Program-made: the position numbers and the translations under genes
The notes under the pieces: generated by a model
What the model was told of the DNA's origin: nothing
Databases searched by the model: none
The model's input: the letters and a program-made list of their open reading frames with translations, nothing else
Assembly: GCA_013239625.1 (NCBI GenBank)
Contig: MU053365.1
Coordinates: forward strand, 2,266,115 to 2,330,114
DNA: 64,000 bases
Direction of reading: 5' to 3'
DNA from: Lama guanicoe
Lineage: Eukaryota
Shown: piece by piece, positions 26,147 through 38,499 of the stretch
Layout of the letters: each line of letters starts with the position of its first letter
Numbering within the stretch: position 1 is the stretch's first letter

Positions 26147-26310
26147 CAGGCCCTGGACTAGGGTGAGGCGAGTGAGGCACCCAGGGGGCAAAATTTAAGG
26201 AGGTGCTCACTTCAGGTGCCCACCTGGTACCATCATGACCTTGAGAGTGGCTGCTGCTTTAAATGTTCTGCCCTGGGTGCTTCCCTGGTCTCAGCCTAGA
26301 TCAGCCTAGA
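26147..26310. mobile_element. MER96-like palindromic hAT-Tip100 MITE
   Basis: ggactagggtgaggcgagtgaggcacccagggggcaaaatttaagg and inverted arm tttaaatgttctgccctgggtgc...tctcagcctag. Confidence 0.8.
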
Positions 26311-27229
26311 CCTACCTCCGCCTCCTTTCGGAGAGGGTAGGACAGAACGTGGTGGACCCTGTGCCATGGCCTGAGCTCTTACTACTCAGAGGTCACAGGA
26401 AAAAGAGCAGCTAGCGAAGGATTTTGGAAGAGAAAGGCTACGCAACAAGTTGGGCCACTGCTGTTTTCAACGTCTTTTAGGAACATACAATAGAGCGTTC
26501 CCATGTCAAGGGTTGGCGATTTATTTCTCACGCCAAGGGAAATGGTTTAAGACCTGTATTTTATTAGTTGCCTCTGGCATAAAGAATATAAAAGCAATAC
26601 GCTGAAGGAGACTATAACACAACGGTATACGGCTCACAGCTCTAAGGCTAACCGATGAGCGTTACTTTACATCTCACAAAGAGCTTTCAAATTCACCCCC
26701 TTCTCTGTGCGTTACAACGCAGGTAGCGCCAACCTAGGTACTATTATTTTCATTTCACAGAAGACGCCGCCTCAGGCAGAGAAGGGGTTAATGCCTTAGT
26801 GCGGCAACTCTTCAGGAGCCCCCCCCCCACACCCAGGGGAGAGCGTTTGTCCTGGAGAAGCTGACTTTTGAGTCAGACATGGCTTCGGATCCCAGATCCA
26901 CCGCTCTCAGCCTCAGGTTACCGATTTCACCCCTTCGGCTTCCTGTTTCCTTCGCCATCAAATCTACGATGCAAAATCCAGGCTTGTCAGGTCGTAGTGG
27001 GCTGTTGGTTAGAAAGCAGGTACCACGTGTTCGGAACCACAGCAAGTCCTCAACAAACACTGCCTTCCTTTCCTCTGCAATTCAGCGTTGTACTGATTTC
27101 TGGTGTCTCTGTTCCTGATTTTGTCATGAGCCCTTTTCTAGCTGACTTCCCCTCTGAATGCACAGTTGGCTTCTCCAGCTGGAAGATGCGTGACAGAGAA
27201 GGGTCCTCTGTTCATTAAACAAATCGTTT

Positions 27230-27720
27230 CCCACAGCTAAGTGGGAGGGGCCCTGGGAGACAGGCCGTCATCTTCATCGAAAATAAATCAATGCGTGAAT
27301 CAGAGCGCTGCAGCTCGGGGACGCGGGGACGGGCTGGGCAGGGTGGGAAGCATTTTTAGAACTGTCACTTTAAAAATATGTTCCCTCCTGCCTTGCGGCT
27401 CTCTCAGTGGGCAGATTTGAAAATAGAAACAAGTAACTTTAATTAGGCTCTAATTAGCCCCACAAGTTTGGTGAGCTAGGATAGTTTATTTTAGAAAAAA
27501 AAATTATAATAACAGACGGAGGATTTTCCAGCCGCCACAACTTTAATTACAATCCCAAACACCTCAAGCGTGCTTACTGGGCCAATTAAATCAGCAGGGC
27601 AATGGCAGAGCTATGCCAGACCCGAGCTATGATGAGGCTTTCTACTTGAGTTTCTTTCCAAAGTAATTTGAAAAACAGATAACTTACAATGCTTACTTAA
27701 ACAGAAGCAGGAGGCCTTTA
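27230..27720. promoter_or_regulatory. Candidate enhancer: homeodomain motif cluster plus G4 motif
   Basis: TAATTA at 27440, 27451 and 27544; CAATTA at about 27583; six G-tracts at 27317-27347; no repeat signature. Confidence 0.4.
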
Positions 27721-29234
27721 AACCCTGGTGAATGCACGAGTGGCTGGGATCTCAGAGACGGGGATGCTGTAGGTCAACGCCGTGGAAGGGCAGGCCCCCG
27801 GGTGGGTGTCCCTCCTCCTCTTGGCTTCTCATCCATCCTGTAAGACTGAGCTGCTTGCCCCTGCTCTCTCCTACTCCATTTTGAACCTTGGTAGGAGATT
27901 CAGCTGACTGGCCATCTGCCCGGTCCACAGACAGAAAGAGACCAGAGAGCAACACTGCTCTAAGTAACCTTCTGGCATCTTCTGACACCTCCATGGAGCC
28001 AGCCCACAGCGGACAGCCGCTGAGCTCAAGAAGGGGAGTCACCCAAGGAAAAAGTGTACCTCCTCCCCTTCCAGATACATATCTAGAAAGGGAAAGAAGG
28101 TGGAGGAGGCCTAGCATCTCCCCGACTGTGTCTGGGAGGACGATGAGGGTGAACGCCCCTGTCCAGGTGAGCAGTTCCACCCTGACCAGAGGGCGAAGTG
28201 AGATGTCCAGGAATGTAAGGAAAGACTTTACATTTCTGGAAAAATCCATTCTCCATATCCCCTGGGGGAAATACAACACCGGTAACCAGTGCATGGGCAG
28301 GTGGGCACCACCCCCAGTCAACTCTCCTGAGCCTCCTCCGACTCAGGGCCTTTGAGGCTGCAGGTGAGGAGAGTGTCCTGGTGCCTTCCTTTTGTTTCCT
28401 CAGTTATGTTGGAAAAGAGCCACACTAGCAAGTTAACGCTGTCATCTGGAATGACTGATCTGGTGGGAGTAACACAGCGGTCAGGCTGCGGGTGTCCCTG
28501 AGCACGGGCCAGCATACAGCGCTGGGGAGGGACTGGCCGTTGAATGACTCCTTTTGGTTTTCTGTATCATCCATGGCATTGCTCACTGAGCTGAACCTGG
28601 TACTCTGCGTAATGCCTTCTGTCACCTAACAAATGGCTATCTAAGTGCCAAAAGCATGCCTGACCCTGGGCTAGCTTCTGAAGGTACAGGAAGGAATGAG
28701 GCAGGGTCCCTCCTAGGGACAGGCGGCCTAGCAAAGGGGGACGCGGGGCCAACGTGTCAGGAAAGGAAGCAGAATGGGGAGGCACTCGCCAAGTGTCAGA
28801 GCTCTGAAAATTGACACGTCAGTTTCATAAAGAGCCAAATCAGTGCTGCTTGGAGCCATTCGGTCTATTAGGTTCCCTTTGAGATTAGCTAAATGAAACA
28901 ACTCTAAGATCAGCAGAAAAGGTAACCTGCTCTATCTTTGAAGTCACCCAGGAAAGGGAAGGGCAGTGACCTCACCAGCCCTTTTACTGTAACCTTGCTC
29001 CACAGGCCGCCGCTGCTGACCAGAAGAATGACAGCCTCAAAATGCTCTTTCTCTGCTTCCAGACGATTTCTCGTGCCTTCCAAGTGATTACAGGAAACCT
29101 CAGGAAGAGTCTCATTCTCTTACACAGACTCTGACTCCTGAAACGCATGCTGTTTTTCTTTTCAGCTCTCGGCTTATATCAGCTATACTTCTGGCCTCTG
29201 ACAAAAGCAAAAGTGGCAGGGACATTAATAATAA

Positions 29235-29495
29235 AACTTGATGTTAATAAAAATGAGCAATATTTAATAAGGGCACACTACGCACCAGGCACTCTGCTAA
29301 GTGACTGATGTTTGATTACAAATTCATAGCTTGTTTACTCCTCCAAACAACCCTCAGTAATAGATACTATTATTTTCTATTTTTTCCATGTAAGGAAACT
29401 GGGGTGCTGGGAAATAATCGTGCCCAAAATAAGAAGCGGTGGAGCCAGGATTCTAACTCAGACAGTCTAAATCCAGAGCAAACATCCAGTTGTTA
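29235..29495 (-). mobile_element. MIR
   Basis: ccaggcactctgctaagtg...aaacaaccctc...aaggaaactgggg...ggagccaggattctaactcagacagtct. Confidence 0.8.
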
Positions 29496-30012
29496 GCAGG
29501 TGCTGCTGCTGCTGCTCAGAGGCTGATTCGACTAAAGGTCACTGGTGCTAATGTTTGTGCCAAGAGCCCTGGTGCCCAAAGTTAGGGACCAAAGGCAGTG
29601 ACACGACAGCTACCACTGTTGATGTCACTGTCTGAGTCATCAACACCTGTAATGGAACACCATTGCTATCATCACTGCCACCAAACAGGATGAAGCCCTT
29701 CCAATATCCCTCATTAAAGCAAAAAAAAAGCTCCTTTTTTTTTTAAAAAAAAGACAACTTTCAAACTCTCATTAGATTACTGGATGTTCTATCCTCCCTG
29801 AAGAATTAGGGAGCCGTGCCAGAGGACAAGTGGAGTGGCAGACACTGCACTGTTCTTGAAGTCACTGTGCTCTGGAGCCACTGGCCTATCGTCTTTGAAT
29901 CAGCTACCTCCCCTCAAATCTTCTCCAAGCAGGAGCTCTTTCCCTGAGACCCTCTCAAAGCCTCCTATAAAGCTCCCTAGTTCCCCATATGATCACACTC
30001 CAGACAGTACAG

Positions 30013-30336
30013 ATGTCGTGGCCACCTCCAGAAGTAAAACGGACCCCACCCCAAGTGTGGCTTGAATGTCAGGACTGATGAAGCCACTTACACACCAAAA
30101 GGATATGGTAAGGCTTATTACCTACGTTACTCTCGGAGAGGGCTGGGGAGGGTCCCAAGATACTCTGAAGCGGCTTGAGAGAGGAGGGAAAGGAGGCTGG
30201 CTGGTGCTCGTGCAGTGGGGCTGGCGCCAAAGGCGGGGCACCTGGGCTTTCTTATCAAGGGAGCAGGCAGTGGCATGACTTGGAAGCTGTCAGCAGGCCA
30301 ACATGAAAAATGGGGTCAGACAGAGTCCTTATTACA
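30013..30336 (-). mobile_element. MER54-like ERVL LTR
   Basis: ggcgccaaagg...cacctgggctttcttatca...gaagctgtcagcag...aaaaatggggtcagac...ttattaca. Confidence 0.7.
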
Positions 30337-31323
30337 GCAAATACATTTGAATCTTCGTATAATATGAAATTTAGATTCTAGTTAGAAAAACCCTTCTGCC
30401 CACTTCACACAGTTATTTTGCTGATGGAAATCCAGATATGTATACAAAAAGGCACAACTTGATGTATTTCTTTATCATGAAGATCATCTATATTTGAAGA
30501 ACTTAAGAACAACATTATCTAGTTCATGTCATTTGACTTTTGTACCCTTCTGTTTTTTGTAAATTTAAAATCCTACTTCTTGTTCTGTTAACTATAGAAA
30601 TTCTCTTGACTTCCAACTTTTTAAAAATCTCTTCCTCTGGTATTTCCCCTTTCCACCTCCAAGTTCTTTCTACCCACTGTAATTTTATTTACACATTGAA
30701 TAGGTTGACTACATTTATATTCCTTTTGTTAACATCATTTTCTGTGCTTTGACCCCAGGTTGATGTGAACAGTTAAAAGATAAGCAGCATTCACGCTATT
30801 ATGAGGAAGTCAGTATTGTAAGGTGTAGTCAAGCCATGCGCTATAAGTACACTTTACTCTCTATGATTCCAATGTCTTAAGCATTGTGACACTCAAGAAC
30901 ATGCACATTGATTTTCCTTTCTTACATTCAAATTTGTGCCATAGTTTAGCTTCTTTCATAATGAGACAACACCTGCCCTTACACTTTTTGTTTGTATGTT
31001 TTTCTGGACTTTTCACATTTGCTTGCTTTTATTTTTTTTCTTGTTGGGAAAGGAAATTACATACAGTACCTCCTCCATCACATCTCTAGTACCTTCCAAT
31101 TTCTAACTCATCCTTTCTACTGTTAGGAATGTATTCCTCTTTTTTTTTTTTCTGAAGTTCACTAACAATTTGATCTGGTTGCTTCATATTTGGAACACGG
31201 CTACTTATACAACCCTTTCATTATCCTAGAGTTTGGAGTTCTTTTGGGGTCTTAATCACATCCTCCCATTCTTCCATTATCTCCTTCTATCCCAAGGAAT
31301 CCCTAATTTCCCTAAAGCCCTTC

Positions 31324-31833
31324 TGTTACCGAGCAAGACCCTATGGGGCCTTCCCAGGAGAGGCCCCTCCCACATATCCTTTGCTTTAACTCCTCCCTGA
31401 AGTACCCAGATAATAATATCTGATGCCTGAATTATATAATATAATAAAATCATGTCCTGAATTGTTTTACAGATACTAAAACCCCCACCAAATGGAAGAA
31501 GTTAACTACTTGATGACCAGGAAGGAGCCTGTAGCCCCCAGACCTACTGGCACCTTAAGATTGATGATGTTAACCCCCGTGACCCTGCCCTGTTACCTCA
31601 CCATCAACCAATCAGACAACTGTGCATGAACTGATCACATACCCTGCGCCCCCCTTCCCTCACTGGCCTTTAAAAGTGCCATCGGGGAGTTTGGGTGTTT
31701 GGAGCACTAGCTGCCGTGGACTCCTTGCTTGGCTCCCTGCAATAAACACTACAGTTTCCTTCACCGCAACCCAGTGTCAGTAGACTGGCCCTACTGCGCA
31801 TGGGCGAGTGGACCCAAGCTTGGTTTGGTAGCT
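31324..31833 (+). mobile_element. ERV1 solo LTR, MER41-like
   Basis: tgttacc start; CCAAT at about 31608; tttaaaa at about 31668; AATAAA at 31741; gggcgagtggacccaag...ttggtag end; 4-bp TSD cttc at 31320-31323 and 31834-31837. Confidence 0.85.
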
Positions 31834-32124
31834 CTTCTTACCAAAGCCCTCCATTCTCCTGAGCCTGTCTGGACTGACTGCCCTGGAGATCTACGGCAGG
31901 TCTAAATCCTGGGACTGCTATTCACTCCTCTCAAGGGTTAGAGCCACTGTTTTGTGGGGGGATTTTGTATCCACCCTCTTTCTTGGCCTACTCCCTTGGT
32001 TTGATGGCTTAAATCCCTAAGTAACTTTCTTAAGAAAGCAGGAGAAGCAAATTTTCTGAGTCCTTGCATACCTGAAAAGTGTCTGTATTCTTACTTCATA
32101 CTTCATTAGAACCTTGCCTGGGGT

Positions 32125-32570
32125 GGCAAAAACTATTAGTAGTTTCCTTGTATCTATTCTCTCCTCTATGATAATACAATATTTGGCTGGTCACGGGGCT
32201 GACCACAATGAAGGCCACACTGCCCAGCCTCCCTTATAAGTAGGTATCGCCAGTGGATGCAAGAAGCTTCATGAGTCAGCCTCCTGGAATCGTCCATGGG
32301 AGGCAGTTCACGTGAGCCCTGGCACTCTTCTTTGTCAGCCTTTCTTTCAGACTGCTGTCTGCAATATGAACGCTGTCATCTTGTACCATGGGGTCAAGGC
32401 CACGCATAGTAGAGCAACAAAATAGGGAAAGCCTGGGTCTCAGTGTCACAGCAGCTCTGAAATGTTTACCAGGACTTGTACTTAAGAGAGAAAGAAACAT
32501 TGTATTTTTTTTCAAGCCACTGTTATTGTGGGATTTCTGGTACAGCTACATCTAACCCTTGGTGAAACAG
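32125..32570 (+). mobile_element. MLT1I/J-like MaLR LTR
   Basis: cccagcctccctt...gagcaacaaaatagggaaagcctgggtc...gagagaaagaaac...ttcaagccactgttatt. Confidence 0.7.
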
Positions 32571-33111
32571 GTTACGGATAGCAACCTATGGTGAAATCAT
32601 GTTCCTTAAGAACACAGAAAGCATTCCTCCACTGATTTCTACCATCCACTGTTGCTGATACAAAAACCAGTTCTCATTTTATATATATGACCTGTTTTTT
32701 TTCTCTCTGCAAGCTGTAAGGAACGTATCTATTGCTAAGTTCTGAAATTTGCAGTGAATCTGTTTTCATCTTTCCTGATTCGCACTCATTAGGCTCTTTC
32801 AGTTGAAAAAGTCACCTGTCCATTCAACTCTAAGATTCTTGCTTTATTTCTAACCTCATTCATTCCTCTTTGTCTAGTCACTGTTTATAAAGGGATCCTT
32901 TTTCCTACTAGTTGGAAGCAAGGCCTACTGATTTGAGACTGAGTTTCATATTTCTTTCATAATTTGGCTTTTTAGATTTTTTCTATGTCTAATCCTTCTA
33001 CTGAGTTTTAGATACAGTAACCAGGTTTTCATTTCCAAGGGCTTCCTTGCCCCCTAATTGTACATAGTGCTGTGTTCTTGCATACCTATGCAATTTCTTC
33101 TTGAGTTGTTC

Positions 33112-33719
33112 TGTATTAGTTTTCTATCATTATGTAGTAATACCTCAACGTTAGTGGTTAAGGACAACAAAAATGTATCATCTCACAGTTTTCGTGAGCC
33201 AGGCACCAGGAACGACTTAGCTGGGTGGTTTTGGCTCAGGGCTTCTCACAAGGATGCGGTCAAGGTGTTGGCTGAAGCTACAGTCATTTCACAGCTAGGC
33301 TGGCAGAGGGGCCACGCCCAAGCTCAAACACATGCCTACTGGCAGAATTAAGAAGATCTGCTTCCAAGGTTATTCACATGACTGCAGGCAGGCCTCAGTT
33401 CCTTCCCATGTGGACCTCTTCTCACAATATGGACACTAACTTCCTTCTTCCTAGGGTGGCCTCACAACATGGCAGTTGGCTTCCTCCAGAGGAGTGAGTG
33501 TTGAGAGTAGGGGAGGAGGGAGGGAGGAACAGAGCCCGAAATGGAAGCCCCAGGCGCTCAGCACCTTCTAATCTAATGTTGGAAGCGGCATCCCATCACT
33601 TCTGCCATATTCTGTTTGCTTACAGGAGATGATTCAGCAAGTTCAGGCTGCACTCCAGGGGAGAGGATTAAGGGGGAAGAGCATCACAAAATCTGTGAAC
33701 ATGTCTTTAAAACTACCAT
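33112..33719 (-). mobile_element. MLT1F/G/H-like MaLR LTR
   Basis: cttagctgggtggttttggctcaggg...ctcacaacatggcagttggcttcc...catcacttctgccatattctg. Confidence 0.8.
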
Positions 33720-35989
33720 GTTGTCTAGGTTGCTAATGAGTTTGTTTTCAATAGCTGTTTTGTGATCTCTGAATCACCTGTTTCCTCCTGAGTCAGTTTT
33801 TCTGCTTTCATCTTGCTCTTTCTTGGTCATGCTGCAGGCTTTCTTCAAATATCCAGAAAAGATGATTTGTTCATTTAAATGATATAATGAGAAAATGTGA
33901 AGGTTGACTGGGTTTGCATGTGGAAGGGGTTGAGATAGGCAGGTTTTAGGGTTAGTAGTCAGGGAACTGGTTAGTCCCTAATTCCCGAATGAGAAGGTCT
34001 TCCCACTGAGACATACTCCCCAAACTACCCACCTCAGTTCTTCCTTTAACAATAGTTCAAGTGTTTTAGGAGCGTCTCTGTTCCAACTTTTGCTTGGAAC
34101 TAAATGTCTGGCCACAAACTATATAGGAAAGAAAGGAGCGTGAAGAGATTGATTCATCTATGCACAGATTTTTAATTAAACCTAGTCTTTTCAGCCACTT
34201 TGAGGCACCTGCATTTTCCAGGCCTAGCCTCAAAGAGATGCCAATGCAAGGATTTGGTAAGGAGCCCATTTTTCCCATTTACCAGGAGGTAGACTGCTCC
34301 GGAGCTATTAGAATTGATCAAATGAGAGGCCAGAACATATTACTAATTTGCTTCTGTAATTTTCACAAAGAATTTTCCAACACTTGCTTCATTTGTAAAA
34401 TCAGAGAAATGGACTAGATGAACTGTAAGTTTTCTTTCAATAATGGTAATCCAATTCAGTTAGGATTCGAAACTTTTCTTGCAACTATATTTCATATATT
34501 CTCAAATATAAACAATCTAGTACATGGTAAAAAAAATAAAATGAACTCAAGCTGAGAATATATAAAAAAGTTAAAAAAGCAGCTTCCAAAATAGCTGGTT
34601 TTGTATTTTTTTTCAATATAACAAATACGTGTTGCAAGAAACCCTCCTATACTTGCTGGTAGAAGTCTGTGATAGACACTGAAAAAAAAAATTAAAGACT
34701 ATTTTCCTTAACAGAGCACCAATTTTAGAGCATTTCAGTCATTTAGAAGGAAAATATGATGCTGAGGAACAACAGCATTTTCTTTTGAGGGCATAGCTTG
34801 GATTTCTGGGCTTCAGAAAATTCTGGAAGAAGTAGTTCTGGGTAACCTCCATTGATGATATTAAACTCCATTTTCTGAGAATGTATAGTTTGGATACCCC
34901 CCTATCGCCTACTCTAAGGCTTTGACTTTCTCTCTTTAAAAGTAACATTCATGAAGCTATGCTGTGTCCTCTAAATTATGGATCATTAAAAATCACCCAC
35001 ACATTTTATAATTTTGTCTTCTAGTTATACTTCACCTTAATTTTATTTTAAAGCACTATGAATAGGATGATTTGGGCTCATGCCTTTAGCATGCCACATT
35101 CTGAAATAAACAGGGGAAAGGAGTGAAGTCAATGGAGAGTTATGAACACTCACAGGGGCACTCATATTTTTAATGCAGGTAAAATGAACCACTTGAGAAT
35201 AATAGAGATCTCAAGACCTACCCATCAGCACAAACCAAGTTCAAGACTCAGGAAGAGTTTAGGGATAAACTATTTAGAGGTAAACATTTATCAGAACAAG
35301 CAGGTATACGGTACTGAATTCTGCATAGAACCCCTTTAAGGATTACTCACAATAAAAGAAGTCAGACAAAAATCAGTAAATCTCAGAAAATAAGTGTTAA
35401 AGTTCTTCTCCATGGGAAATCTATCAGAAAATCACAGACTTGCAAAGGGCCTTAGAAACCATGTGATATTATTACTTTAATCACCAAGTAGAACCTCATT
35501 CTTCAATATCATTGCTCTAATAAATCCAGTCAATGAAAGTCCATTACTTCTTAAGGCAGCTGTTTTTGAGCCCCCTCTAGTTGTTGGCAGATGATTACTT
35601 TTATCTAGATGAAACTTGCCCCCTTCTAGCTTCCACTCCTTGGTTCTCATTTTGCCCTTTGGAGACATATGATTAGTCTAGCCCTTTTCCCATATAATGA
35701 TTCTGAAAGCAACTACTATATTCCCTTTGAAACATTTCTCCACTGATTAAATATCCTCCATTCCTTCATCTAGTCTTTCAAATCCCCTTTACCATCATGA
35801 TCACCCTCGTCTAACTGCTCTTGCTCACCTATAAGCTTCTTCTGAAGTAAAGATACCAAGTCAGCATAGGTTTTGTTCTCGTCTCACTTCAGGAAAGAAA
35901 GGGAAGGCAGTGCACCATCAGTTAACAGTATGCGGTATATGCAAGCTTCAGAAGTCAGCTGTGAATTCTGGCCATAATATAGACTATAT

Positions 35990-36160
35990 ATCCATCCTTC
36001 TATCCTTCCTTCCATCCATCCATCCATCCATCCTTCCACCTATCCATCCATCCTTCCTTCCATCTATCCATCCTTCCATTCATTCATCCATCCTTCCATC
36101 ATCCTTCCTTCCTTCCTTCTTCCCTCCCTCCCTCCCTCTCTTCCTTTCTTCCTTCCTTCC
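35990..36160. repeat. Compound (TCCA)n/(TTCC)n/(TCCC)n microsatellite at an L2 tail
   Basis: Direct reading; followed by minus-strand L2 end cattttactgaaggcctacc. Confidence 0.92.
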
Positions 36161-37169
36161 ACATTTTACTGAAGGCCTACCTTGTGTTATGGGGATATAA
36201 AGGTTAAAAAAATCAGTATCATAGCTGAAATCTATAATCTTATCTTTTCAATGTGACAAAGAACACAATGGAAGACTCCATAGGAAACACAATGGATCGG
36301 CAAATGGAAGAAGCCCAGAGCCCTCAAGCTGTCTTCACATTTTCCATGGTTTTTGTTTTTTGTTTATTTTTTTCATTTCAGTAATTTAGTATAGGAAGAA
36401 TCTTGGCAGTATTACTTTTTTTTTTTTAGTGTGGCATAAAGATCCAGGTATTAGAAACCCAGAGACTAATATGACAGAAAGAACCCTTAACTGGTAGTCA
36501 AACAGCCAGGGTTTAGGTCCTGGCGCTACTATCAGCTGTCTGTGTGATCTTCAACGTGTTACTTTACCTGCATGGACATCGGCTTCCCCATCTATAAATG
36601 TTTAAAAAATAAACGTCATCACTTGTTTGAAGATAAGGACCCAGACAGCATGAACTTTGGAAGTCCAGTCCAAACTTACGATACAGGTTTCTTTTCTGCC
36701 AATGCAGGTAGACTAGTTGGCAACGTTGCTTCAGACAGCACCTTCCCTAGGAAATGTTCTCTCTCCCTCACCTAAACCTCTCCCAGGAAGGGCCTTTGTG
36801 CCTTTCAAGGTCTCACAGGAGAGGCAGGTATAGAGAAAGGTAAGAGACCTCAGCAAGATGGAGAGGAAGGAAGGAAGTTGCTGACTATTTGACGTGTTCT
36901 GGAGGCTTGGACTCGTAGAAGAGAAGGAAGGGGGTTTCAGGCATCCTTTCCAGGGCCGCCGGCTGGCCACATCGGGCGAATAAAGCAAGCAAGCATTTTA
37001 GACGAAAGCCTTATGCTGGGGGACAAAAGCTTCAGGGCAAAGCCGACAGGATTAGCTAAAACCCTACTGGCAAATATCAGACCAAAATGTGAGTAAAGTT
37101 CAACAAAGCAAGCATACAATATAATAGTACCCCCCCAACACACACACAAATCAGGGATTCCTGGGGACT

Positions 37170-37470
37170 ATATCCTTCCCTCTTTGCCTAACTGGTGAGC
37201 TCCCTCTTGTCCCGTAAGACCCAGCTAAAATTCCATGTCCATTCTGTGCTTTTGCCTGGCCATCCCACGCAGAACCTGTCACATGCCTCCTGTGTCTCTC
37301 AAGCATTTGTGCACACCTCTACTAGAGCCCTGGGCACATGAAGCTGTAGTCATGTGCACAAACGTCTGTCTTTCCCACTAGCTGTGATTTTCTAAGGAAA
37401 GGGTTCATCTGAGAATCCCCTGGATCTTGTACTGCGCAGGGCCGAGAGCAGGTTCTCAGTAAATGACTTT
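37170..37470 (+). mobile_element. L2 fragment
   Basis: aagacccagctaaaa...gtctgtctttcccactagctgtga...caggttctcagtaaatg. Confidence 0.7.
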
Positions 37471-37548
37471 TAATTTGACCCTGGGCAAGGATCAAATACC
37501 AGTTCTAACAATTTCATAAGAACATTCCTTTAAAGGAAATTTGGTGTT

Positions 37549-37682
37549 GGGGAGGGCACAGCTCAGTGGTAGACTATGTGCTTAGCATGCACGAGGTCCT
37601 GGGTTCAATCCCTAGTACCTCCATCAAAAAAAATTAAAATAAATAAACCTAATTACCCCTCCCCCCCAAAAAAGAAAAAAAA
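37549..37682 (+). mobile_element. Camelid tRNA-Ala-derived SINE
   Basis: A box cagctcagtgg at 37559; B box ggttcaatcc at 37602; aaataaacctaattacc tail; TSD taaaggaaattt at 37531 and 37683. Confidence 0.93.
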
Positions 37683-37712
37683 TAAAGGAAATTTTGTAAG
37701 CTTTTGGGGGGA

Positions 37713-37843
37713 TTTTTTGTGTGTTTTCTTTTGGTGAGGGGGTAATTAGGTTTATTCATTTATTTTGATGGCGGTACTGGGGATTGAACCTAGGACCTTG
37801 TGCATGCTAAGCATATACTCTACCACTGACCTATACCCTCCCC
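37713..37843 (-). mobile_element. Camelid tRNA-Ala-derived SINE (inverted partner)
   Basis: Minus strand reads ggggagggtataggtcagtggtagagtatatgcttagcatgcacaaggtcctaggttcaatccccagtaccgcca...aataaacctaattacc. Confidence 0.93.
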
Positions 37844-38499
37844 CCCCCCCGCTAGAAATTTGGATATAACTACCGGAGAAAGGGTGTTTGATTAATTGTA
37901 GCCAGTTTGAGTTAACTAGAACACCAGGAAGTTTGTGAGCCCGCCTCGAGGGCGTTGCAGGCTGACTCTAAGCTCTGTCCCGGCCCTGGTAATCATGGGC
38001 TTCGGTAAAGCTCTGGGAATGAGTGTGAGGGGCGCAGATTGACCCTCAAGGGTTGGGAATCTCAGAATCATCCCAGCCCTGAACTGAGGGAAAGCACTTT
38101 ACTCAGAAGCTTGACCTGAGTTCAGGGAGGTCTCTGTCTTTACCATTGGGTTGCCTTCTCACTTCCTCCCTTGTCTAAGAAGTTCATGAAACCTTTAAAG
38201 GTTTAACCAGAAAAAGTTAAACTAGGGATAGCCCATGAATCAGGAGGCAAGGAAAGCTCAACCAGACACAGGATGGATGCTGTCTGATTGCAAGATGCTC
38301 TCTATGCGCAGTCCAGCCCCAGTGTCCCCGCATTTCTAAGCACAGTTTGCCCCCTGCCCCCACAATGGCACGTACACACACGCACGCATCTCTGTAACCA
38401 CTGAAGTGTTCTGAGAGTTCCATGAGACCATGAGCAAACTCTGGCAGGCAGTTCTTTGCCAGCACTTTTCTAGTCTCTCCATCCCTTAGAACACTTCAG

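Noticed and set aside
27752..28355. Overlapping 189-aa (-) and 155-aa (+) ORFs
   Set aside because: No recognisable domain, non-ATG starts, and lengths plausible by chance in GC-richer sequence
37549..37623. tRNA-Ala(AGC)-like genes (also at about 3186-3261, 37768-37843 and 39821-39895)
   Set aside because: Each has stem mismatches and is followed by the shared SINE tail and A-rich end, some with TSDs; these are SINEs, not tRNA genes
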